Source of the DNA: an uncultured Clostridia bacterium
GTDB taxonomy: Bacteria; Bacillota; Clostridia; Christensenellales; UBA1242
DNA length: 64,000 nucleotides
Assembly: GCA_947591785.1 (NCBI GenBank)
Contig: CANQDK010000003.1
Location: forward strand, 51,868 to 115,867
Reading direction: 5' to 3'
Part shown: positions 10,246-18,388 of the stretch, in pieces
Layout of the letters: every line of letters begins with the position of its first letter
Numbering within the stretch: the first letter of the stretch is position 1
The notes under the pieces: model-generated
The model's database searches: none
What the model was told of the DNA's origin: nothing
The model's input: only the letters and a program-made list of their open reading frames with translations
Translations under genes and position numbers: made by a program

Positions 10246-10263
10246 CATTTTGATTTGTTTTCC

Positions 10264-10292
10264 ATTATACAAACAAAATTTTGCTTTGTCAA
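10264..10292 (-). promoter_or_regulatory. sigma-A-type promoter of the T-box/AP-family/tyrS operon
   Basis: TTGACA - 17 nt - TATAAT read on the minus strand. Confidence 0.7.
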
Positions 10293-10346
10293 GTTTTTCT
10301 CTTTTTTCGCAACAAATTTTTTCGTCAACCTGCCACTATTCTTTTG

Positions 10347-10967
10347 TCAAATTGTTTTTGAGCCATCTTTTTTCTCTTCCAAAAACTCCACTTTCAAATT
10401 TTTGTATATGTTGCTATGCTCAAAGTCCTCTCTTGTGATTTTTGTGGAAACAAGGTCACAAGGCTGACCGGTCAAATACCAAGTTGTGAAATTTGGAGTG
10501 GTTTTAAAGATGTGAAACCCGCTTTTTTCTTGAACACGCCAACTTCCTTTGTTTGGCTCAAAAAATCCGGCAACAATCACATCAAGATGCAAAATATCGA
10601 AACCAAATTTGACAACAGCCTGCAAGGCTTCTGTCATTATGCCTTTTCCCCAAAAGTTTTCGTTGAGAAGGATGCCGGCTTCTTTCACTTTCAAGTTTTC
10701 AAATTCAGATTTCTCCTGAGCCTGCTCGTTTTGAGGATTGAACTCCATAAGTTCAACACTTCCAATCACCTTGCCATCAAACTCAATGCAAAACTGAAGA
10801 GGTTTTGTTGTTTCGTATTTCAAACGCACAACAGCATCCTCTTTTTTCGTATATGGCTGCCACCCACATCTTGGTCCAACATTCGCCTGTGTGACATATT
10901 CCCAATAGTCATCAATATCGCTTTCACGATAGTTTCTCAAAATCAATCTTGGTGTTTTTATCTTCAT
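10347..10967 (-). CDS. GNAT-family N-acetyltransferase (RimJ/RimL-like)
   Basis: 206 aa. The RLILRNYRESD N-terminus and the WGKGIMTEAL..VKFGF block are typical of Acetyltransf_3-type GNATs. AAAGGAGAG RBS. TTGACA-17-TATTAT promoter near 11063-11091. Confidence 0.75.
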   Translation of the reverse strand: MKIKTPRLILRNYRESDIDDYWEYVTQANVGPRCGWQPYTKKEDAVVRLKYETTKPLQFCIEFDGKVIGSVELMEFNPQNEQAQEKSEFENLKVKEAGILLNENFWGKGIMTEALQAVVKFGFDILHLDVIVAGFFEPNKGSWRVQEKSGFHIFKTTPNFTTWYLTGQPCDLVSTKITREDFEHSNIYKNLKVEFLEEKKDGSKTI

Positions 10968-11189
10968 CTGCGTTCTCTCCTTTGATGTTATTCGTGTTTA
11001 CAGCATCCATTTCCCCTACTTCGCCCGACTTTTTAGCATCCACTTTCTTGTTCACATAATATCAAAAATCCCTCACCTTGTCAAGAGATTTGTTTGCCAG
11101 CACGGTGTCCCAATACTTCATCATTACTGTCACTTTTGAATGTTTTGGAGAAATTTTTTCCATCCTTTTAATTTTTTTTCAAAAAAGTA

Positions 11190-11219
11190 TTGACTTCTTC
11201 ACCTCGCTTTGTGTATAAT
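11190..11219 (+). promoter_or_regulatory. sigma-A-type promoter of an orphan small RNA
   Basis: TTGACT (11190-11195) - 18 nt - TATAAT (11214-11219). Confidence 0.6.
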
Positions 11220-11225
11220 AGTACC

Positions 11226-11321
11226 GAAAGCAACTGATATGCTTTCTACGTGAGACCGTGGTAGCTAATGACTACCGCCTAGACGCTCATACTAACGACG
11301 ACTTATTGTCGTCGTTTTTTA
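11226..11321 (+). ncRNA. candidate small structured RNA of unknown class (~95 nt)
   Basis: Lies between the promoter above and a rho-independent terminator (AACGACGAC-UUAUU-GUCGUCGUU + U-run, 11294-11320). Two internal hairpins: GAAAGCA-ACUGAUA-UGCUUUC and GGUAG-CUAAUGA-CUACC. No ORF longer than 4 codons. Confidence 0.45.
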
Positions 11322-11566
11322 TTGATTATCATGCCTATTATGTTTTCTTGGTCTTTTTTTAACAATTTTAAAAGTTAAAAACACCGCACAATTTTTTTCT
11401 CATCAAATTGAAAATCGTCTCATTTTCCCCAGCACCACGCAATCATTCCTCATCACAAACACTTTTACATAATTTGAAAAATTGGATTGTTTTTTCAATC
11501 TTTTGTTTTGTTTTGTGCTACCGCTTTGATATAATAAATTGGACTAAAAAATAAAGGGAGAAAAAA

Positions 11567-12244
11567 ATGGAAGAATTTTATTGTGTAAAAAACATTCACG
11601 GCTACGGTCCTTCTCCAATTCCACAAGAAGGAAAATGGGACCAAACAAAAGAAATCACTCAAATTTCTGGCTTTTCGCACGGATGCGGAATGTGTGCTCC
11701 TCAGCAAGGTGCGTGCAAACTGACACTTAATGTCAAAAACGGCATCATCAAAGAGGCTCTTGTTGAAACAATCGGCTGCTCTGGAATGACTCACTCCGCA
11801 GCAATGGCAGGAGAGATTTTGATTGGAAAAACTCTTTTGGAAGCACTCAACACCGATCTTGTGTGTGATGCAATCAACGATGCAATGAAAAACATATTTT
11901 TGCAACTCGTCTATGGCAGAAGTCAGTCAGCATTTTCTCTTGGTGGGCTTCCTATTGGCACATCTTTGGAAGATTTGGGAAAATACAAAACCAGTCAAGT
12001 CGGAACAATCATTTCAACCGACAAAACAGGCGTGAGATATCTTAACTTGGCGGAGGGATACATCACAAAAATGGCTCTTGACAAGAATGGCGAAACAATC
12101 GGCTATGAATACGTCAACTTAGGGCTTCTTCTTAAAAACCTTCAGGACGAAAGTTTATCAAAACAAGAAGCAATCCAGAAAGCAACAAAACAATATGGCA
12201 GATTTGACGAAGCCGCAAAAATTGTCAATCCAAGGGAGGTTTAA
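11567..12244 (+). CDS. NifU-N/IscU-like Fe-S scaffold-domain protein with a C-terminal extension
   Basis: 225 aa. Cys motifs SHGCGMCAP and IGCSGMTHSAAMAGE resemble the IscU/NifU N-domain. AAAGGGAGA RBS. A TGATATAAT extended -10 lies ~30 nt upstream. Confidence 0.55.
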   Translation: MEEFYCVKNIHGYGPSPIPQEGKWDQTKEITQISGFSHGCGMCAPQQGACKLTLNVKNGIIKEALVETIGCSGMTHSAAMAGEILIGKTLLEALNTDLVCDAINDAMKNIFLQLVYGRSQSAFSLGGLPIGTSLEDLGKYKTSQVGTIISTDKTGVRYLNLAEGYITKMALDKNGETIGYEYVNLGLLLKNLQDESLSKQEAIQKATKQYGRFDEAAKIVNPREV

Positions 12245-12246
12245 TT

Positions 12247-13236
12247 ATGACTGACGAACTTAAAAAATATGAATATTTGCCAGCAAAACTGAAAGAATAT
12301 GGATTTAAAAGCATTGAGGATGCAAAAGATTTTTGTTTGAAAAATGGCATTGACGTTGAAAAAATTGTGCGAGAGATTCAACCAATTTGCTTTGATAATG
12401 CCGTTTTTGCTTACACGCTTGGCACAGCAATCGCACTGAAAAGCAACTGCAAAAATGCAAGTGAATATGCAGAGAAAATTGGTGAAGGTTTGCAAGCATT
12501 CTGTGTGAAAGGCTCTGTGGCTGATGAGCGTCAAATTGGGCTTGGACACGGCAGACTTGCTGGCAGACTTCTTGATGAAAACACAAAATGTTTCTGCTTT
12601 TTGGCAGGCCACGAAAGTTTTGCCGCTGCGGAAGGTGCAATGGGAATTGCAAAAACTGCAAACAAAATTCGCAAAACTCCTTTAAAAATCATCTTGAATG
12701 GACTTGGCAAAGATGCGGCATACATCATCGCCCGCGTCAATGGATTTACTTTTGTCAACACTTTGTTTGACCACAAAGAACAAAAACTTAAAATTTTGGA
12801 AGAAATTCCTTTCTCAAAAGGCGAACGCGGAAAGGTGAAGATTTATGGTGCCTACGATGTCAGCGAAGGCGTGGCAATTATGCAGCATGAAAGCGTTGAT
12901 GTTTCCATCACTGGCAATTCAACAAACCCAACTCGTTTCCAACACCCTGTTGCTGGAACATACAAAAAGTGGTGTAACGAAAATGGGAAAAAGTATTTCT
13001 CAGTTGCTTCTGGTGGTGGAACAGGCAGAACTTTGCACCCAGACAATATGCATGCAGGTCCAGCAAGTTATGGAATGACTGACACAATGGGAAGAATGCA
13101 CTGCGATGCACAATTTGCAGGTTCTTCATCTGTGCCAGCACATGTTGCGATGATGGGATTTATCGGAATGGGCAACAATCCAATGGTTGGAGCAACCGTG
13201 TCTTTGGCAGTTGCAGTTGCAATGGCAAAGAAATGA
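12247..13236 (+). CDS. GGGtGRT-family protein (function unknown)
   Basis: 329 aa. Contains the family-defining SGGGTGRTLHPD motif. Starts 3 nt after the NifU-like stop with a GGAGG RBS. Confidence 0.7.
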   Translation: MTDELKKYEYLPAKLKEYGFKSIEDAKDFCLKNGIDVEKIVREIQPICFDNAVFAYTLGTAIALKSNCKNASEYAEKIGEGLQAFCVKGSVADERQIGLGHGRLAGRLLDENTKCFCFLAGHESFAAAEGAMGIAKTANKIRKTPLKIILNGLGKDAAYIIARVNGFTFVNTLFDHKEQKLKILEEIPFSKGERGKVKIYGAYDVSEGVAIMQHESVDVSITGNSTNPTRFQHPVAGTYKKWCNENGKKYFSVASGGGTGRTLHPDNMHAGPASYGMTDTMGRMHCDAQFAGSSSVPAHVAMMGFIGMGNNPMVGATVSLAVAVAMAKK

Positions 13237-13450
13237 TAAATCCCCAAAGGTTTTCGTGAAACAAAACCTTATGGAAACACAAGGAATGCAAAACAACAAA
13301 CAACTTCTTGGCAGTTGCTGTTGCAATGGCAAAGAAATGATAAATCCCCAAAGGTTTTCGTGAAACAAAACCTTATGGGAAAACCAAGAATGTAAAACAA
13401 TAAAACAACTTTTTTGGCAGTTGCAGTTGCAATGGCAAAGAAATGATAAA
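13204..13450. repeat. tandem repeat of 104-106 bp, 2.35 copies, duplicating the GGGtGRT 3' coding end plus a hairpin
   Basis: Units start at 13204, 13308 and 13414. The first ~71 nt (TTGGCAGTTGC[A/T]GTTGCAATGGCAAAGAAATGATAAATCCCCAAAGGTTTTCGTGAAACAAAACCTTATGG) differ by 1 nt between copies 1 and 2. Copy 3 is 37 nt and identical to copy 1. Confidence 0.95.
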
Positions 13451-13496
13451 AAATTGTTTAAAAATAATTCTGAAAAATTCAAAAAAGGATTGACAA

Positions 13497-14159
13497 ATGA
13501 AAAAAATTGTTGTTATCACAGGTGGAAACAGAGGGCTTGGCTTGGAACTTGCAAAACTATTTGCAAAGAAGCATCAAGTTCTCGTTATAGCAAGAACAAA
13601 AAAAGAAGAATTAGATGGTGTTATGTATGAATATGGGAATATTTCAGACGAAACATTTCTGAAAAAGTTATATTCAAAATATTCAAAAACCAGCCAAATT
13701 TCCTTTCTGATAAACAATGCTGCTGTTGGAGCATTTGGCACTCCTGAGCAAAACAATTTGGAAAAAATCAACAAAGTGTTTGAAGGGAATCTTGTTGGAT
13801 TAATTCTCAACACTGGCTATGCTCTCCCATTAATGCAAAACGAAGGTGGAAAAATTGTCAATATTCTTTCAACAGCCGCCCTCAAAGGAAATGTGAACGA
13901 AAGTTTGTATTGTGCTGCAAAATGGGGTGCTCGCGGCTACACGGAAAGTTTGAAAAGCACTTACAAAAACACAAACATAAAAGTGATTGCTGTTTATCCA
14001 GGTGGAATGAACACAGATTTTTGGAAAAACAACAGAGAATATGTTTCAAAGGAAAAGTCGGATAAATGGATGTCCCCTCAAGATGTTGCCAAAATAATCT
14101 TTGAAAACATAACTTCAAACAAGGTTAATGTTTCAGAAATTGTAATTGAAAGGCCATAA
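13497..14159 (+). CDS. short-chain dehydrogenase/reductase (SDR) family oxidoreductase
   Basis: 220 aa. TGGNRGLG cofactor motif, NNAA, and the catalytic YCAAK (YxxxK). Confidence 0.8.
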   Translation: MKKIVVITGGNRGLGLELAKLFAKKHQVLVIARTKKEELDGVMYEYGNISDETFLKKLYSKYSKTSQISFLINNAAVGAFGTPEQNNLEKINKVFEGNLVGLILNTGYALPLMQNEGGKIVNILSTAALKGNVNESLYCAAKWGARGYTESLKSTYKNTNIKVIAVYPGGMNTDFWKNNREYVSKEKSDKWMSPQDVAKIIFENITSNKVNVSEIVIERP

Positions 14160-14232
14160 ACACGAATAAAAAATTTCTTTCTGCACAATCTAAATATAGA
14201 AAGTGGGCACACTTTCATATAAGGAGGAAAAA

Positions 14233-14418
14233 ATGCAAAAAGAACAAAAAAAATATCGTTCAGGTGACACAGTCCCAATGAGTTGCAGATATCGTTGTCA
14301 CGACAGAAATGGAAAAAACGATGGTGAAACAACCTATTTGGAAAAAGGCGACACATTTCCACCAACACAACACAGTGGGTCATATTGGATTATGGATATG
14401 ACAGAAGATGAAGAATAA
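14233..14418 (+). CDS. small YjzC-like protein
   Basis: 61 aa from the ATG after AAGGAGGA. The pattern SGDTVP...YLEKGDTFPPT matches my recollection of the YjzC-like family. The family call is tentative. Confidence 0.45.
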   Translation: MQKEQKKYRSGDTVPMSCRYRCHDRNGKNDGETTYLEKGDTFPPTQHSGSYWIMDMTEDEE

Positions 14419-14449
14419 AAAACAACTTAAAATTTGAAAAAAATAATAA

Positions 14450-14476
14450 AAAAGGGCAAAAATTTGCCCTTTTTTC
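14450..14476. terminator. bidirectional rho-independent terminator
   Basis: AAAAAGGGCAAA-AA-TTTGCCCTTTTTT between convergent genes. Confidence 0.7.
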
Positions 14477-15339
14477 TATTTTTTTCTTGTTTTTTTTGAT
14501 TTTTTTTCAAAAAGTCGATTAAAATCATAATCTTCATCGTCATATTTAACTCCAACAAGAGTGTCAAGTTGAACATTATGTATGCTTTTGAAAATATGGT
14601 CATCAACTTCTGGGATTTTCTTTTTCAATTTTTCAATCAGAAGATGAGTTTGAACTCGTGCCGATTCAATATTTTCATCATCTGCAATTTGACAGTTTTC
14701 AGTGAAACGACAAGCACAATTTATAAATTCCAAATTGTTGTAATTTTTCCAAGCCAAAATATCTTCAACTTTGACGCAATAAAGTGGTCGGATAAGTGTC
14801 ATACCCTCAAAATTTTTTGAACAAAGTTTTGGTGGCATCGCTTGGATTTGAGCACCATAAAGCATTCCCATTAAAGTTGTTTCAATCACATCGGAAAAGT
14901 GATGTGCAAGAGCAATTTTATTGCAACCTCTTTTTTGTGCCTCTGCATAAAGATATCCCCTTCTCCTTCTCGCACAGAGATAGCATGGGCTTTTTTCGAT
15001 GCTCGCAACACTATTAAATATGTCTGTTTCAAAAAATTCAAGCGGGATTTCAAAAAGTTTGGCGTTTTCTTCAATTTTTTCTCGATTTTTTTTTGCATAA
15101 CCAGGATCCATACAAAGAAAAATCAAATCAAATTTTGTGTCGCTGTATGATTTAAGCATTTGCATCAATTTTGCAAGCAAAAAACTATCCTTTCCGCCAG
15201 AAACACATACAGCAATTTTGTCACCATCTTCCACAAGATTATATCTTTTTAGTGCCAATATAAACTTTGTCCAAATTGTTTTTCTAAACCTTTTGTTTAA
15301 ACTACGCTCAATTTGTTGAGACTTTGTCAGTTCTTTCAT
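14476..15339 (-). CDS. ttcA: TtcA-family PP-loop tRNA thiolation ATPase
   Basis: 287 aa. PP-loop CVSGGKDS, CYLCARRRRG and a C-terminal Cys cluster. Confidence 0.8.
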   Translation of the reverse strand: MKELTKSQQIERSLNKRFRKTIWTKFILALKRYNLVEDGDKIAVCVSGGKDSFLLAKLMQMLKSYSDTKFDLIFLCMDPGYAKKNREKIEENAKLFEIPLEFFETDIFNSVASIEKSPCYLCARRRRGYLYAEAQKRGCNKIALAHHFSDVIETTLMGMLYGAQIQAMPPKLCSKNFEGMTLIRPLYCVKVEDILAWKNYNNLEFINCACRFTENCQIADDENIESARVQTHLLIEKLKKKIPEVDDHIFKSIHNVQLDTLVGVKYDDEDYDFNRLFEKKSKKTRKK

Positions 15340-15607
15340 AGAGAAATTATATCAAAAATATATAAAAAACACAATTATTTCAATAAATTGTGAATATTAT
15401 TTTATATATATTAAGATTATCTTTTATAATTTAATTTCATTTTTTATAAATCATCAGCATCTTGTTGAGGCATAAACCCATCAATTGGAGTTCCTGTATA
15501 AGCACCTAAAGGGTCATTTTGATTAACAAAAGTCGATTTTTTCTTCTTTTTTGTCTTCATAAAATTAATATTTGTAAAATTTATAAAAAATATTTATAAA
15601 AAGTGTA

Positions 15608-15636
15608 TTGAATTTCAAAAACTTTTATGATATAAT
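15608..15636 (+). promoter_or_regulatory. sigma-A-type promoter
   Basis: TTGAAT - 17 nt - TATAAT, 30 nt upstream of the 15667 ATG. Confidence 0.6.
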
Positions 15637-15666
15637 TTGATTGGAAACTGTATAGGGGATATTTTT

Positions 15667-16230
15667 ATGGTTTACAAAACTCTTTCTTTTAGCAATAAAA
15701 TTGAGAATTTGCATTTTCAAGAAATGCAGGTTTCTATTTGTCCTAAAGGACTTTTGATTCAACTTGCTGATTCTCAATATAATTATGAACATTACAATCT
15801 TTCTGATTTAGTCATAACAAGATTTGCAATAAGCTACAAAAATCTTGATAAATACCTTTTCACAGGCTATAATCTTAACACCTCATTGCAGCTTTTAGAA
15901 AATTGTTTTAAAACACAAAATCTTGATTTGGATTATCTCCAACAAGCATCAGAAGTATGCAACGTTATAAAAATTTCTATACAAGACAAAACAAAACCAA
16001 TCAGCATAAAAATTAACAATGTTGATTACTCTGACAGGTTTGATGGAATCGAAAACCTACGTGGTGGAATAATAAAAAATGCAATAAGAACCATTTTTGG
16101 TGAAGTAGATGATGAAACAAACGTTTCTCCGGAAAATGCAAATCTAAAAAGTTCATATAATTTATATAAAAATCTAGGTTTATTTGAAAAAGAAGACGAA
16201 ATCATTAATAATAAAGCCCTTGAAAAATAA
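15667..16230 (+). CDS. hypothetical protein (orphan, no recognised domain)
   Basis: 187 aa from the ATG after AGGGGA. Has its own promoter and terminator. No motif I recognise. Confidence 0.5.
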   Translation: MVYKTLSFSNKIENLHFQEMQVSICPKGLLIQLADSQYNYEHYNLSDLVITRFAISYKNLDKYLFTGYNLNTSLQLLENCFKTQNLDLDYLQQASEVCNVIKISIQDKTKPISIKINNVDYSDRFDGIENLRGGIIKNAIRTIFGEVDDETNVSPENANLKSSYNLYKNLGLFEKEDEIINNKALEK

Positions 16231-16260
16231 ACCAAAAGTTTGAAAAATATGTAAAACAAG

Positions 16261-16289
16261 AAAAAAAGCGAAATCTTCGCTTTTTTTTC
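16261..16289. terminator. rho-independent terminator (A-run/T-run flanked)
   Basis: AAAAAAAGCGAA-ATC-TTCGCTTTTTTTT. Confidence 0.6.
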
Positions 16290-16367
16290 ATATTTTTTAT
16301 CATTTCTAATAAACATTTTAACAGATTTTTGAATTTTATTTGCAAATAAACATAACGAATGGAATCT

Positions 16368-17222
16368 TTAATCTAAATTTGAATTTCCATCGTTTAAATA
16401 CAATATTCCTAAGGTATGCTCTCCACAATGACTTGAGATTGTTCCGCCTGCACGTGTTTCATAGATTGCTTCAAAGCCCTGGTTTTGTAAAGCCTTTTTT
16501 GCTTCATTAATCATCTCTGGTGTTGCAGTTGTGTATGTGATAAAAGCAATTTTTTTATCAGGCGTATTAAACTCAGACAATGTGTCTGCACAATAATTTC
16601 TCACAACTTTATCCATATTTCCCCTATATTTTTTGTAAGAGCCCATTTTTCCATCTTTAACTAAAATTTGTGGACGAATATGCATTAAGTTTGCTCCAAA
16701 ATATGCTAATGCAGAACACCTTCCCCCTTTATAGAGATAATCAAGTCTTTCAATTACAAAACTTGCTTGAACAGCAGGAACTCTCTTTCCAACTTTTTCT
16801 GCAACATCAATCGCATCATAACCTTCTTCAGCAAGTTGTCTTGCATAAATTGCCAATAATGCAATGCCTGTGGAAAGAGAAAGGCTGTCAACAACATAAA
16901 CATTCTTCATATTTTTTGCGACATCTTTTGCATTTTGACAAGCGGAAGAAATTTGAGAGGAAAGACTGATATGCACAACGGCATCATTTAATTTTAATTG
17001 CTCTTTAAAGAACGCTTCATATTGCTCTTTATTGACAGCAGATGTTTTTGGCAAAATTTTCCTTTCTGAAACAAACTTAAAAATATCCGAAGAAGAAACT
17101 TCTCCGTCTTTATATTCCTTGTCTCCCAAAATTATCATAAAAGGAGTTGTTATTATCTTATATTTTTCAAGAAGTTCTTTTGGTAAATCAATTGTGCTTT
17201 CGGCAGTTACTGAAATTTTCAT
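16368..17222 (-). CDS. DegV-family fatty-acid-binding protein
   Basis: 284 aa. DegV-like N-terminus (KISVTAESTIDLPKEL..) and the right overall length. GGAGAAAAAA RBS. Confidence 0.85.
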   Translation of the reverse strand: MKISVTAESTIDLPKELLEKYKIITTPFMIILGDKEYKDGEVSSSDIFKFVSERKILPKTSAVNKEQYEAFFKEQLKLNDAVVHISLSSQISSACQNAKDVAKNMKNVYVVDSLSLSTGIALLAIYARQLAEEGYDAIDVAEKVGKRVPAVQASFVIERLDYLYKGGRCSALAYFGANLMHIRPQILVKDGKMGSYKKYRGNMDKVVRNYCADTLSEFNTPDKKIAFITYTTATPEMINEAKKALQNQGFEAIYETRAGGTISSHCGEHTLGILYLNDGNSNLD

Positions 17223-17433
17223 ATTTTTTCTCCATTTTTTTTAATTTTATACTCTTTAAGAATTTTTTATGCTATGTCAACATCATTAGTATAAAACTCT
17301 TAGGACTCAAAATAAATTATATCATAAAATATAGCAAAATCACAACTTTTTAATAACAAGAATTCAAATTGCCTAAATAAACAAGATGATAAAATGATTT
17401 TGTTTTTTATTCCAAAATTTGATTAAATTTTTA

Positions 17434-17462
17434 CTAAAAAATAACCCTTATTTATGGGCTAT
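17434..17462 (-). terminator. rho-independent terminator
   Basis: Minus strand reads AUAGCCC-AUAAAUA-AGGGUUAU followed by a U-run. Confidence 0.5.
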
Positions 17463-17473
17463 TTTGTTATTTT

Positions 17474-18265
17474 TTATTTTTTCTTAATTGCAAAAGTAAG
17501 GATTTTTCCAATAAACTTAACAATTCTCCAAATGATATAAAGAAGTGCTGAAATAAAGTCAAGCACATAGCTTGTGATATATGTTTTATAAAGAATTCTT
17601 GCATCATTTTGCTCTTCTTCTGTGAGAAGATTAACTTTCTTTATAAATTCAAGTGAAGTGTTGCACGCTCTTTTCTCAATAGGAATATTTAAACACAAGA
17701 CAATAAAAGATGCAATATAATAAGCAAATGCCAGAGCAGAAAATACAATTGTCAATATTCCGTTTCCAATAAGCAAGAAGTCAATCAAGAGTCCAACTAA
17801 AACAAGTGGTAAAACAGTGAAAGGTGCAAAATATCCAATATACATAAAGGCTGTTCTTACTTTGATTTTTTTATCGCCTTCATAATCTCGCTGTGCAAGT
17901 GCAACTTTTTGTGAAGCAACTGCAACTGCTGTTAAGGATTTTTGATTGAAAATGTTTTTGCGAAGCCTTATTCTCTTTTTAAATGGACTGTAACTATTTC
18001 CCAAAAACATTGCAGAAAAGAAATTGCACTGAACAACTTCAACATCATTAAGTCCAAGTCCATCAAGCATCTTTCTTGCAACTTCAGAACCTGTTAGCCC
18101 TGCTTTTATTTCTTGTTTGTTGTATTTGGTATATCTGGATACTAAAACCAGTTTCCAAATTTCTGTTGCCAATGAAACAAATGCGAAAATTCCAAAAAAC
18201 ACTGCCACAACAATCACAATTGTCATAAAGATATTGCTCGTTGCAGACAACAACATTCCAACCAT
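17474..18265 (-). CDS. YugP/Zn_peptidase_2-like membrane protein lacking the HExxH motif
   Basis: 263 aa from the ATG after GGAGGGG. Aligns by eye to YugP-type putative neutral zinc metallopeptidases (..GLTGSEVARKMLD..L.DV.V.. and PIE..A). The HExxH position reads SQKVA. Confidence 0.55.
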   Translation of the reverse strand: MVGMLLSATSNIFMTIVIVVAVFFGIFAFVSLATEIWKLVLVSRYTKYNKQEIKAGLTGSEVARKMLDGLGLNDVEVVQCNFFSAMFLGNSYSPFKKRIRLRKNIFNQKSLTAVAVASQKVALAQRDYEGDKKIKVRTAFMYIGYFAPFTVLPLVLVGLLIDFLLIGNGILTIVFSALAFAYYIASFIVLCLNIPIEKRACNTSLEFIKKVNLLTEEEQNDARILYKTYITSYVLDFISALLYIIWRIVKFIGKILTFAIKKK

Positions 18266-18388
18266 ATACCCCTCCAAAATTTTATTTATATTTTAATAAT
18301 AATTGTTTTTTCATAATTTTGCAAATAATTTTCAGAATTAATTGCTTTATTTTTATTTTATTTTTTTATTTTTAAATTTATAAAATTT

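Noticed and set aside
11065-11163. 32-codon minus-strand ORF (MEKISPKHSKVTVMMKYWDTVLANKSLDKVRDF) upstream of the GNAT gene
   Set aside because: It overlaps the GNAT promoter hexamers, has no correctly spaced SD, and is neither hydrophobic nor toxin-like. It is probably a chance ORF or a gene remnant.
11226-11321. Possible fluoride (crcB) or ZTP riboswitch, based on local matches GCUAAUGAC and CGUGA...CCGCCU
   Set aside because: GCUAAUGA here forms a hairpin loop, not the single-stranded pseudoknot segment. The conserved 5' GGCGAUG-type element and the ZTP two-subdomain layout are absent. The downstream genes are not the usual targets.
13126-13482. 118-aa minus-strand ORF and small plus-strand ORFs (e.g. 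METQGMQNNKQLLGSCCCNGKEMINPQRFS) inside the tandem repeat
   Set aside because: The reading frames are not preserved between repeat copies; the equivalent ATG in copy 3 is followed directly by a stop. There is no RBS. These are by-products of the repeat.
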